A DNA stretch of 64,000 nt from a virus (Duplodnaviria; Caudoviricetes). The DNA lies in the IMG/VR virus record IMGVR_UViG_3300021091_000001, positions 32,001 through 96,000 of that record. One strand, given 5' to 3'. The notes beneath the pieces are model-generated. The model made no database searches and was not told the origin of the DNA. It worked only from the letters and a program-made list of their open reading frames with translations. Each line of letters opens with the position of its first letter. Position 1 is the stretch's first letter. The translations under genes and the position numbers were made by a program. This document shows, piece after piece, positions 55,113 through 64,000 of this stretch.

Positions 55113-55985
55113 TTAGGCCATTAAATCGCCTATTAAAACATAGCTAGAATTGTCTGTTATACAAATCAAAGAACCACCAGAATATTGAGCTCTTAACTTT
55201 AATCCTGGAGTTGCATTAACAGTAACTCCAGATGCAGATATAGTTACAGTTCCAGAACCTAAGTTTAATATGTCTATTCTGTCTCCTGCAACTAAATTAG
55301 TAGAAGTATTAACATATACAGTTACATTAGAGGAACTATTAAATGTAACTATTTTTCCCTTATCGCTACTAACTAAATACACTGAAGTATTAGTTCCTTG
55401 ACTATTAAATGCTTGTCTGTATTTTAGAGAGCCATTTATTTCTACATCTGAATTAATCGTTGTCGTAGTGCCATTGACTGTCAAGTTACCAGAAACGGTA
55501 GCACTTGAAGAAAAACTTGCCGGTCCAGTAAAGTTAGGAGTTGCTGCCGTAAGAGCACCAATAGAAGTTAGTGTTCCAGTAAAACTTCCGTCACCCTCAG
55601 CATTTAAAGTAAAATTTCCTCCAGTAAATACTGCCGGTCCAACAAAGTATGGCGTAGCAGCAGTCAGTGAAGTTAGGCTTCCAACGGAAGTTAAAGAAGA
55701 TCCTGTAATTCCAGAACCCAATGTAGTTCCAGATAAAACATCTGCTCCATCAACCTTGTAGGTTTGACCAGATCCAATTTCGAAACTATCATCAGTCTTT
55801 AATGTATCGGCTGCAGATCTATAAAGAGTTGTATCAGCTGTAGCTGAACCAGAGGACCATTTTAATTTACCTCCTGCTTCAATGACAAAATTAGGAGTTG
55901 CACTATCGTAAGGAGCAATCTCTACTGCTGTGTCTGCTGCAGTAGTAAATTTTCGTGCACGTAAAAGATTGTAAAAATTTGGCAT
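55113..55985 (-). CDS. Tail fibre/virion decoration-type protein
   Basis: ITGSSLTSVGSLTSL, GNLTVNGTTTTINS and a C-terminal DKGK..V..GDRIDILNLGSGTVTI module. Confidence 0.7.
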   Translation of the reverse strand: MPNFYNLLRARKFTTAADTAVEIAPYDSATPNFVIEAGGKLKWSSGSATADTTLYRSAADTLKTDDSFEIGSGQTYKVDGADVLSGTTLGSGITGSSLTSVGSLTSLTAATPYFVGPAVFTGGNFTLNAEGDGSFTGTLTSIGALTAATPNFTGPASFSSSATVSGNLTVNGTTTTINSDVEINGSLKYRQAFNSQGTNTSVYLVSSDKGKIVTFNSSSNVTVYVNTSTNLVAGDRIDILNLGSGTVTISASGVTVNATPGLKLRAQYSGGSLICITDNSSYVLIGDLMA

Positions 55986-56029
55986 TGGCCTCGACCAATC
56001 CTTTCTAATTTAGTTTTAATCCCTCAAGA

Positions 56030-57577
56030 TTAAAAGAATACTTTAACAACCAAAGAGTTGCTTGGCGGCGGAGATGCAAACAGTAACGTTACTGTATTGA
56101 CACTTGTAGCTTCCCAATCTAAATAGTAAAACTCATATGGGCTTGAGGCACTTCTTGCAGCGACAAAGACTTCTCTGGTCCCAAGATTGTGTGTTACAAC
56201 AATTGAGCTTGAAGAGCCATCTCCTACAGTCTCTTGATGGAGTGTGGCTGGAGGAAGAGCTGAATTGACCCAGTTTGTCCCATCATATTTTAAAATCTGG
56301 TTTGCAGCTACAGATGCAATTGTTACGTCTCCCAAATTATTCAAAGACGCTGAGCTTAAACCAGTCGTATGATCAAAGGAAATATTAGGAGTTGCGCCTT
56401 CACCAGAATTATTTGTTATGGTTATTCCAGTTCCAGCAGCTAGATGAGAAACATAATCTCCAACGGTATCAGTTGTAAGATTAACTGGATCATTAATCCA
56501 ATTTGCACCGTTATACCTAAGAAAATCTCCGTTGGTAGGAGAAGATAAAGTAACGTCAGAAAGGTTATTAATAACATGATTTGATATATCAGAAACAGTT
56601 CCACTTACGTTTCCAGTTACATTTCCAGTTAAGTTTCCTGTTACGTTACCCGTGACGTTACCCGTGACGTTGCCAGTCAACGGTGCAGTGACACCTGCGA
56701 AAGTTACGGTAGAGTCAGTACCCACCGCTTGACCGATTGCAATGGTCGGCGTCGTTGTTTCTCCAGAGTTATCGCTAATCGTTACGCCTGTACCCGCGAC
56801 CAATGAAGAAACATAATCACCAGTCGTATCAGTGCCCAAAGCAACAGAGTTTGGCTGAATTGTCGCAGCAATTGATGCGTTTGCAGAGCCATTAAATGAA
56901 GCAGAACCAGCTATATCACCAGTAAGTTCAATCGTTCGCGAGGTGGCGAGGGCCGTTGCGGTATCTGCGTTACCCGTGACGTTGCCTGTGACGTTGCCAG
57001 TAAGTGGTGCAGTTACGGCAGCAAAAGTAACACTAGAGCCGGTGCCGACTGCCTGGCCAATTGCAATTGTTGGGCTAGAACCTTCACCTGGAGTGTGTGT
57101 GACGGTGACGCCAGTACCAGGAGTTACATTAGAAACATAATTTCCAACAGTATGAAGCCCTAATGTAACAGAGTTTTCTATAATTGAACTTATATCATAA
57201 AAAGTAGTTCCATCATTTGTGAACTGCCATTTATCTGTAGTTTCATTCCAGCGGATTTGAACATTTGTTGATGTTCCTCGTTCAACTTCTATGCCAGAGT
57301 CTTCTGATGGAACACCAGTAACATTGCTATTCAATATTAGAACATTATCAGCAACTACTACGTTTTCCACATTTACGGATACAGTTGTTCCGCTAACTGT
57401 TAGGTTTCCAGTTATTGTAACATTGTCATCTGTTCTAACTTCATCTAGATCTTGTCTTAACCAAGACCATGTAGTGGCTACAACATCGTTGTTATCATTT
57501 TTATAATAGACAACTCCATTAATTGGATCTAGAGCTATTTGTCCTTGAGAAATGTTAGGAGGAAGAGGTAATGGCAT
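56030..57577 (-). CDS. Tail fibre-like protein with internal repeats
   Basis: GNLTVSGTTVSVN, SGIEVERG, WNETTDKWQFTNDG; three G(N/D)YVS..AGTG repeats and TGNV tetrapeptide runs. Confidence 0.75.
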   Translation of the reverse strand: MPLPLPPNISQGQIALDPINGVVYYKNDNNDVVATTWSWLRQDLDEVRTDDNVTITGNLTVSGTTVSVNVENVVVADNVLILNSNVTGVPSEDSGIEVERGTSTNVQIRWNETTDKWQFTNDGTTFYDISSIIENSVTLGLHTVGNYVSNVTPGTGVTVTHTPGEGSSPTIAIGQAVGTGSSVTFAAVTAPLTGNVTGNVTGNADTATALATSRTIELTGDIAGSASFNGSANASIAATIQPNSVALGTDTTGDYVSSLVAGTGVTISDNSGETTTPTIAIGQAVGTDSTVTFAGVTAPLTGNVTGNVTGNVTGNLTGNVTGNVSGTVSDISNHVINNLSDVTLSSPTNGDFLRYNGANWINDPVNLTTDTVGDYVSHLAAGTGITITNNSGEGATPNISFDHTTGLSSASLNNLGDVTIASVAANQILKYDGTNWVNSALPPATLHQETVGDGSSSSIVVTHNLGTREVFVAARSASSPYEFYYLDWEATSVNTVTLLFASPPPSNSLVVKVFF

Positions 57578-57586
57578 GAAAGTTCC

Positions 57587-57836
57587 TTATTGGTTTTTAT
57601 TAGATTTTTTATCTACCTTATTAAATACTTCATTGATTTCAGAAACAGACAGCTTTCCATCATCAAGAAATGCTCTTGATAAACCTTCTACTACTGTTGC
57701 TACACCAGCCATTCCGTGCCATAAAACAAGCTTTCCATAATGGAACTCCTGCTATAGCACCAGCCCCTATAACGCTTAGTCCGGATGCGGCAAAAGTAGC
57801 TACAATTCTCAGTATTATATTGGTAATTGATTTCAT
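57587..57836 (-). CDS. Small membrane (holin-like) protein interrupted by a 1-nt insertion
   Basis: MKSITNIILRIVATFAASGLSVIGAGAIAGVPLWKACFMA/GMAGVATVVEGLSRAFLDDGKLS..; extra base at 57716; span 250 nt = 3n+1. Confidence 0.7.
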
Positions 57837-57930
57837 TTTACCCTCCTATAGTAATTAACTTAAATACTTTTCCTTTGAATTAGGTACATTTCAATACAAA
57901 TTAAACCAAATTTTATATTTAATTTTCTCC

Positions 57931-60225
57931 TCATTTATCGTTTTGTATCATTGCATTTAGGTAGTGTATGGCAAAAGCAATACTGGTAGCTATAACAGTG
58001 ATCCTTCTGGTATCTCCAGAAAGAGTGGCAAACACTATTACTGTACCTGATATAGTAAAGGCTAATGCTGCAGTTTCCTTTGCAAATTTCTTGATAAAGC
58101 CCAAAGGACTAAATCTTTTTTCCATGGTTCCCTCCGTGTATTTAAATATACTGTTACGAGTAAAATTACTTTCTTCTTCGTCCCCTTCTGGACCCTCTAT
58201 TTCGGCTTCCTCTTCTTCCTCTTCTGGCTCATCTTCTTTTCTGGCAGCATTATTTGAGCTTGATTGACCAGGCCCGTCACCACCAGACGGAGAAGGGTTG
58301 CGGGAAGCTGTTCCACCAGATCCGCTAGTTGCAGCTCCGGCAGTTATTGTTGAAAGAACGGTTGTGGCAGCTATTAAAGTCCTTCTAGTTCCAACATCAA
58401 TATTAGAACCAACTGGCACATAGTCATCAAATCCTTCAGCATAGATATTAATCTCTTCCTCAAAAACGTTCTTAACTTCTTGCGAGGCATTTTGAATAGC
58501 TTCAGTAATTTCAGACTTTTGCTCATCTGTTATATTACCTGCATCAACTGCATCAAATATTTTAGCTGCTTGTTCAGCTGTAACTGACTCTAAAACTTCT
58601 GAAGAAGTAGCAAGTTCAGTAGCTACTTCTGAGTCTAGCTTTTCTGCTTCAATAAGAGTATCAACCAACTCAACGACTTGCTCTTCTGTTGCGTCTCCGC
58701 TAGTTAAAAGATCTACCAGTTGATTGGTTACTTCATCAGTGATTTCAATATCACCAGATGTAATTCCATCCAAGACAGCATCAACCTCTTCTGGTGTAAC
58801 TTCTCCATCTAAAACTTCATCTAAATTATCAACGGTAACCTGAACAGTTCCTTCATTTGGCGTTTCTGGATCAGGTTCTGGTACTGTAGTTTGATCTTCT
58901 GGTTGAACCTCAGTTGTTGTCGTTGTATCTAGCTCTTGTTCTGGCTCTGTGGTGGTTGTTATTTCAGGTTCAGTGGTAGTCGTGGTTCCAGTGGGTGGTG
59001 ATTCTGGAACTGTAGTGGTTGTTTGAGGAACAGTTGTGGTGGTTGTTTCAGGAACAGTTGTGGTGGTTGTTTCAGGAACAGTTGTGGTGGTTGTTTCGGG
59101 AACGGTTGTAGTGGTTGTTTCAGGAACGGTTGTAGTGGTTGTTTCAGGAACGGTTGTAGTGGTTGTTTCAGGAACGGTTGTGGTTGTAGTGGTAGTAGGT
59201 GGAATAGTAGTTGTAGTAGTAGTTGTAGTGGTTGTCGTTGTAGTAGTAGTTGTAGTGGTTGTCGTTGTAGTAGTAGTGGTAGTAGTGGGCGGAGTAGGGT
59301 CAATCACCACAGCATCAACAGTTGCCTGGGGCCCGTACATACAGGACCCAGCACCCTCTCCGACGCATGGGGCTGTTCCTGCCTGAATCTTAAATCTGAC
59401 TGGTCCGTATCCAGTTGTTCCAGGCCACATCCATGGGCCGAGGCTGTATGAAGTATTTACGGCGTATGTCCACACTCCCCAACCACCAGCTTCTACCCCA
59501 TCAACGAGGTCATAAAACAAAATGTTGTACATATATGGGGCAGTGTTGCTTGGTGTTGGGGCGTTCCAACTCAAAACAACATTTCCATCGTTGTCTGCCA
59601 CTGCTGTGAGATTTTGAACAGAGTTAAAGTATGGCGCTATCGTTGTAGTTGTAGTACTGGTAGTAGTCGTGGTTGGCACAACGACAGTCTTTGTAAAAGC
59701 AGAGGCGGGAACTACCTGCCATCCCGAACCTATATCCCAGTAGAGAGTCGTATTGGCTCCGCCACCATTTTCGTAATACCAATATGTGATTGGCTTGGAA
59801 ACTCCAGCGGTAAAAGAAACGTACTGTGACGGGTTGCCCCAGCCGCCCTTGTCAACCCAGTTGTTGTCTATCAAAACATTGTCTATATAGAGTTTGCTTC
59901 CGTCATCCGCAGCGGGCAAGAACCTAAACGAGCCAGTCACGGGCAGGGTTATGTGACCTTCATACTTAACAATAAAGTCTTCATACATGTTGAACAGCGG
60001 TGCACTGTCAAAGCTCTGATTAATCTGAGTGAGAGTGGTGGTTCCAACGACCGGACGACCGGTGACCGTGGGGAGTGGAGGCGAATTGTTGTAGCCAAAG
60101 TTGTTGTAAACGGTTACATTAAGTCCTGGTTCGACTTGAGCAGAAGCAGAAAAATTTGGAAAAATAATACCAATAAAAAAGAGTACGCCAAGAATCCAGG
60201 AACCTTTTTGTAGTTTGATTCGCAT
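57931..60225 (-). CDS. Secreted/membrane-anchored PA14-domain protein with Thr-rich stalk
   Basis: Signal peptide; FIVKYEGHI..ADDGSKLYID..YYENGGGA (PA14); FN3-like strand; PETTTTTV repeats; two C-terminal TM helices. Confidence 0.82.
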   Translation of the reverse strand: MRIKLQKGSWILGVLFFIGIIFPNFSASAQVEPGLNVTVYNNFGYNNSPPLPTVTGRPVVGTTTLTQINQSFDSAPLFNMYEDFIVKYEGHITLPVTGSFRFLPAADDGSKLYIDNVLIDNNWVDKGGWGNPSQYVSFTAGVSKPITYWYYENGGGANTTLYWDIGSGWQVVPASAFTKTVVVPTTTTTSTTTTTIAPYFNSVQNLTAVADNDGNVVLSWNAPTPSNTAPYMYNILFYDLVDGVEAGGWGVWTYAVNTSYSLGPWMWPGTTGYGPVRFKIQAGTAPCVGEGAGSCMYGPQATVDAVVIDPTPPTTTTTTTTTTTTTTTTTTTTTTTTTTTIPPTTTTTTTVPETTTTTVPETTTTTVPETTTTTVPETTTTTVPETTTTTVPETTTTTVPQTTTTVPESPPTGTTTTTEPEITTTTEPEQELDTTTTTEVQPEDQTTVPEPDPETPNEGTVQVTVDNLDEVLDGEVTPEEVDAVLDGITSGDIEITDEVTNQLVDLLTSGDATEEQVVELVDTLIEAEKLDSEVATELATSSEVLESVTAEQAAKIFDAVDAGNITDEQKSEITEAIQNASQEVKNVFEEEINIYAEGFDDYVPVGSNIDVGTRRTLIAATTVLSTITAGAATSGSGGTASRNPSPSGGDGPGQSSSNNAARKEDEPEEEEEEAEIEGPEGDEEESNFTRNSIFKYTEGTMEKRFSPLGFIKKFAKETAALAFTISGTVIVFATLSGDTRRITVIATSIAFAIHYLNAMIQNDK
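59004..59290 (-). repeat. Coding tandem repeat (24-bp PETTTTTV units) and poly-Thr tract
   Basis: About seven near-identical 24-bp units inside the PA14 gene. Confidence 0.9.
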
Positions 60226-60290
60226 TTTTATCCCTCTAGGTAGTCATATCTTATAGTAATGAGCAAACTGAAATATATTGCTATGACACA

Positions 60291-60328
60291 AAGAGAAAAG
60301 CCCCAGCAGATTCATTTCTGCTGGGGCT
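60291..60328 (-). terminator. Intrinsic terminator after the endolysin
   Basis: 12-bp stem 60299-60310/60317-60328 with a U-tract on the minus strand. Confidence 0.8.
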
Positions 60329-60409
60329 CAGCGCCGGCCTCCGTACTAGTTATTATATCACATGATGTTACTCACGAGTGTCTACTAGTGTCAATAAGTT
60401 CTTCCTGGT

Positions 60410-61192
60410 TTAGTCTAGATCAAGAATAGCAAATACTTTTGCACCAGCAATAGTATCATTATTCAAACCATTAACTCCTTTGAGCTTACGTACAGCTTCT
60501 CCAGTTGCTGCATCGTAAGTACCAGTTGCTTCACCTGCATAGAAGCCAGCCTTTTTCAAAGCCGCTTGAAGTCTTTTGACATCTTCCCCAGTAGAACCAA
60601 CATTAAGCTTATCTCTCATTGGAACTTCTGCAACTTCTCCTGCAGCTGGTGCACCACCCGCAAAAGCTTGTGGCTGTTTATCACCTAGGCAATACTGCCA
60701 GTGCCATGCCTCATACTCTGGGTTGGGCTTGCCATCTGCTTTAGTGGGAGCTCCCTGCAAATAGAAACCATATCTAGGAGCGTTCTCACACATCCACTTA
60801 TATCTCTTTGTATCCTGCATATTGAGATCTATTGCAAGACCAAGACCATGATTTGACGTGCCGGGAGTGCCAGAAGGACTCATGCCTTCCTTAAGATACC
60901 ATGTCTTACCCTGGTAGGTACGAGTAATTTCTGGACTACGCTTAGTCTTTTTGTCATCATAGCGAGACATAAACATTGAAAGCTGTGCCTCAAATGGACG
61001 ATAGTCGCCAATATTCTGAAGCTTATGACCAGCCTTTACTGCTTCGTCATATAGTGCATTAAAAGCGTTTGCTGCTTTAACCCACATCTGACCACCACAT
61101 TTTACTTTAGCTAATTGATTAGGTTTTAGCTTGCCATTCTCTACATTTTGTAGTTCTTTTGGTATAACCATTTTTTGTACTGGGTGTTCCAT
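60410..61192 (-). CDS. Endolysin: M15 (VanY-like) peptidase + peptidoglycan-binding domain
   Basis: YRPFEAQ, GTSNHGLGLAID, EAWHWQY; GSTGEDVKRLQAAL..G.Y..AT. Confidence 0.9.
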   Translation of the reverse strand: MEHPVQKMVIPKELQNVENGKLKPNQLAKVKCGGQMWVKAANAFNALYDEAVKAGHKLQNIGDYRPFEAQLSMFMSRYDDKKTKRSPEITRTYQGKTWYLKEGMSPSGTPGTSNHGLGLAIDLNMQDTKRYKWMCENAPRYGFYLQGAPTKADGKPNPEYEAWHWQYCLGDKQPQAFAGGAPAAGEVAEVPMRDKLNVGSTGEDVKRLQAALKKAGFYAGEATGTYDAATGEAVRKLKGVNGLNNDTIAGAKVFAILDLD

Positions 61193-62002
61193 TTATTCTC
61201 CTTGGAAACTGGGTAACTTGACATCTATAGTAATCAAATTATGAATATTTTTTAAGACAGTTTCAGGATATGTGTGATCTATTTCTTGATATTTTAGCGG
61301 AAATCTATCAAATGGGTCAATTCCATATTTAATTCTATTCATTATTGATTCATAAGATTTAAACTCTTCTTTATCATATTCTGTATGAGCAAAAGATTCT
61401 ATTTTATTTTTAATATTATCTTCTTCCCCAAAGAATGAAAAATGCCATCCCCCATTAGGGATCAATGGCAGCTGCATCGACCTTAATTCTTGAGGAGTCT
61501 TGGATAAGATGTGTTGTTTTTTGCAAACCACAGGTCTTGCTCCCTGATTACAGTGTTGAGGTACTTGCCAATGATAATTCCAAAAGTATTGATTTACATC
61601 TAATCTCACTGGAATATAATCTATTTTAAGGCTAGATACTGTTTTAGTATTCCATATTTCATCCACATCTGAAATGATGATTAGGTCATTATCATATATA
61701 TCTAGGTTATTTAACGCACCAAGTATAGAATTTCTTTGCAAGTATTCCCTATCCCACGAAGAAAGGTTTTCTTGATCAAGAAAAACTCTATGTATAATAA
61801 TTTTTTCATACCATTTAGATATATCTTCTAAAATATTGTCTAGATAAAATGGTTTATTTTTTCCCGTAAAAGTTTGAGACGCCTCTACGATTACAAAATA
61901 ATCTACATGATCACCAAGTTCTTCAAGCCTTAGCTTGAGAATTTCATATTCATTGAAATATGTAAAACAATCAAATATTTTCATATATAAAAACTTCTTC
62001 AT
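61193..62002 (-). CDS. Glycosyltransferase family 17 (MGAT3-like)
   Basis: FDCFTYFNE.EIL.LRL, VEASQTFTGKNKP, REYLQR, SDVDEI, GWHFS. Confidence 0.85.
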   Translation of the reverse strand: MKKFLYMKIFDCFTYFNEYEILKLRLEELGDHVDYFVIVEASQTFTGKNKPFYLDNILEDISKWYEKIIIHRVFLDQENLSSWDREYLQRNSILGALNNLDIYDNDLIIISDVDEIWNTKTVSSLKIDYIPVRLDVNQYFWNYHWQVPQHCNQGARPVVCKKQHILSKTPQELRSMQLPLIPNGGWHFSFFGEEDNIKNKIESFAHTEYDKEEFKSYESIMNRIKYGIDPFDRFPLKYQEIDHTYPETVLKNIHNLITIDVKLPSFQGE

Positions 62003-62438
62003 TAGAAAACATAGAATATTTTTTTGCCTCTCTTGTTAAAGATTCATTTAAGTCAAGATAGGAATTAATACAAGAAGCCCATTTACCAGGATTAACAATA
62101 AACGTATGTCCGCCAGACCTAAGTATACCCCTGATCTGTTCTCCTATAAATTTATAATTATTATTAGATAATTCTGGATTATAGTCTACAGATATAAATA
62201 GATCAGCATAATTATACCCCATGTATGGAGCGTTCAATCCTATTTCCCAGTAAGCTATTCCATCAATATGCTGCTGACTGTTTCTTTCAGTGTGCAATAT
62301 AAAGCTACCCATAGAGTGTTCACTGTTTGCCATAATGCTTCTTAGTTCAGAAGATTTATATAAATCTCCATATATAACTATATTAGATCTATTTATAAAT
62401 AAGTCTCTAATTATGTGACAAAGAAAATTGTTATTCAT
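61971..62438 (-). CDS. Hypothetical protein in the glycosylation cluster
   Basis: Packed between methyltransferase and GT17; ILRSGG resembles a methyltransferase strand. Confidence 0.6.
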   Translation of the reverse strand: MNNNFLCHIIRDLFINRSNIVIYGDLYKSSELRSIMANSEHSMGSFILHTERNSQQHIDGIAYWEIGLNAPYMGYNYADLFISVDYNPELSNNNYKFIGEQIRGILRSGGHTFIVNPGKWASCINSYLDLNESLTREAKKYSMFSNEEVFIYENI

Positions 62439-62439
62439 A

Positions 62440-62976
62440 CTACAATGGCTTTTTGGCATCTACTTTCAGCCAACCCCATTCATCTCCTCTTTGAATATCA
62501 ATAATCTCAAAACCCATATTTTTAAAATCATCTTCCAACATTCTATGAGTTAGGCCTACAAAATGAAAATCAAAAGGATTAAGCTGTTCAGCAAAAAAAA
62601 TCTGCTGCATTCTTCTGTCTCCCTCTAAAGAGTCCCAACTAAGTATTTGCTGACAAGCAAGCAAAAAATCTGGTACTTCAATCCTAATCATTCCACCTGG
62701 CTTAACTATTCTGCACCATTCAGCAAGAACGCTTTGATATTCTTTCCATGGAAAGTGTTCCAGACATTCTGAATTGTAAACTATATCAGCATACCCATCT
62801 GGAAGATTTATTTTTCTAGCATCACAAACAACATCTACTGGAACATATCTTCTATTTACGTGATCATACAAAGGAGTTGGATCTATATCTATATGAGTCC
62901 AATCAGGTCCAAGGTATGTTCTTGTACCTATTACAACTTTAGTTCCCTCACCTTGGGGAATTGTTTCTAATCTCAT
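62440..62976 (-). CDS. SAM-dependent methyltransferase (type 11-like)
   Basis: HIDID, CDARKINLPDG, SECLEH, RIVKPGG.IRIEVPD. Confidence 0.82.
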   Translation of the reverse strand: MRLETIPQGEGTKVVIGTRTYLGPDWTHIDIDPTPLYDHVNRRYVPVDVVCDARKINLPDGYADIVYNSECLEHFPWKEYQSVLAEWCRIVKPGGMIRIEVPDFLLACQQILSWDSLEGDRRMQQIFFAEQLNPFDFHFVGLTHRMLEDDFKNMGFEIIDIQRGDEWGWLKVDAKKPL

Positions 62977-62981
62977 TTTTC

Positions 62982-63533
62982 CTAAGTTCTTAGTGGCCAG
63001 AATGGCATCTTGAGTAGTTCGATATCTTTTAGATATGGATTTGTATTATCTCTTGTAGATAAAATTGGATTTTGAACAGACCAATCAGCGTTTATTTTTG
63101 GATCATCCCACGCAACTCCCAATTCATCTGCTTGATTATAATAGTTGTCTACTAGATAAGTCAATATCATGTCAGTAGTAGCAGAAAAACCATGGGCAAC
63201 TCCTGGTGGAATATATAACCCAAGATTATTATCTCCAGTTAAATCTATAGAATAGATCTCCCCTTCTGTTGGAGAACCTATTCTTAAATCGTAAAGAATA
63301 GCTCTTGCTTCTCCGTATGGAACATACCAGTAATCTGATTGATGCAGATGATAGTGAAAACCTGCTAGTGCACCAGCTGATTTAGAAGACCTATTTGTTT
63401 GAATGACTTCTCTGGCTCCTGGTATCCAATCTCTTCTATAAGACTCAGTAAAGAATCCCCTATCATCGCCAAATTTTTGCGGCTCCACTAAATATGCATT
63501 TGCTATGCAGAGTTCTTGTACTTTTGCGCCCAT
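62982..63533 (-). CDS. rmlC: dTDP-4-dehydrorhamnose 3,5-epimerase
   Basis: FGDDRGFFTE, Q.N.S, G.HYH, YDLRIGSPT, IPPGVAHGF, WDDP.I..DW. Confidence 0.92.
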   Translation of the reverse strand: MGAKVQELCIANAYLVEPQKFGDDRGFFTESYRRDWIPGAREVIQTNRSSKSAGALAGFHYHLHQSDYWYVPYGEARAILYDLRIGSPTEGEIYSIDLTGDNNLGLYIPPGVAHGFSATTDMILTYLVDNYYNQADELGVAWDDPKINADWSVQNPILSTRDNTNPYLKDIELLKMPFWPLRT

Positions 63534-64000
63534 TAAATTACTCTTCCTCTATAAAGATGTTGCCATCTTGGAACTTTTATTAAATCAACTTCTCTTCCTA
63601 ATCCAGCTATAAATAGAGTCTCTGGATTATCATTTAATCCCTGAAGTTCTGGTTGAAGTTGGTACCATTCTTCCATATATATGGCAGTCCAATCTTCAAA
63701 TCGTGTTACATTAGGGCTGTGGTAAGTTACATGTGGACCTACATAGTATCTATTCCATTTGTTAACCCAATTGACAACACCTTGATTAATTCTTTCTTGA
63801 GATGCAGGATCCCTAGTGCTGCTGGCATCATGGTGAACTAAAACAGATGAGTCAGCAACTATTCTCCAACCACCAAGTCTAATTCTTGTTTGATAATCGA
63901 CCTCTTCTTGGTGACCTATCTCTGTATCAAAACCACCAATTTCTTTATATCTTTGCCTATTTAGCATCCAGCAGAATCCAACTCCCCAAAGTATTTCTGT
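63533..64000 (-). CDS. Glycosyltransferase family 2, C-terminal part (partial)
   Basis: IGGFD..EEVDYQTR..GWRIV..VHH; frame runs off the window edge. Confidence 0.75.
   Translation of the reverse strand, partial: TEILWGVGFCWMLNRQRYKEIGGFDTEIGHQEEVDYQTRIRLGGWRIVADSSVLVHHDASSTRDPASQERINQGVVNWVNKWNRYYVGPHVTYHSPNVTRFEDWTAIYMEEWYQLQPELQGLNDNPETLFIAGLGREVDLIKVPRWQHLYRGRVI

Noticed and set aside
59004-59290. Regular short repeats resembling a CRISPR array
   Set aside because: They are contiguous 24-bp in-frame coding repeats (PETTTTTV) with no unique spacers and no cas genes

Overview
This window looks like part of a large tailed dsDNA phage genome. It is gene-dense, mostly hypothetical, has 7 tRNA genes and no rRNA or housekeeping operons. 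The host is most likely an actinobacterium, possibly freshwater Acidimicrobiia (inferred from WhiB, an Rpf-like domain and Thr-rich surface proteins). Layout: (1) 1-22 kb, + strand early-type region with host-like codon usage at its start, two recurrent promoter-like motifs, several structured non-coding RNAs, and two paralogous ~800-aa proteins carrying two-barrel (YonO/QDE-1-like) polymerase motifs with an unusual HGGxDxDD centre. (2) 22-50 kb, + strand, AT-rich: helicase, deaminase, subtilase, sulfotransferase, WhiB, tRNAs, SSB, UDG. It contains an apparently complete ubiquitin-like conjugation operon (E2-like, JAB, E1/ThiF, Ubl ending in Gly, AAA+ ATPase), two more E2-like paralogs and a proteasome-beta/HslV-like Thr protease. 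(3) 50.6-64 kb, mostly - strand: virion/fibre-like proteins, a PA14 surface protein, an M15 endolysin and a sugar-modification cluster. Best candidates for new biology are the phage-encoded ubiquitin/proteasome-like system, the two divergent polymerases, and the tRNA-like and RNase P-like ncRNAs. All family calls come from motif recognition by eye; no database search was run.
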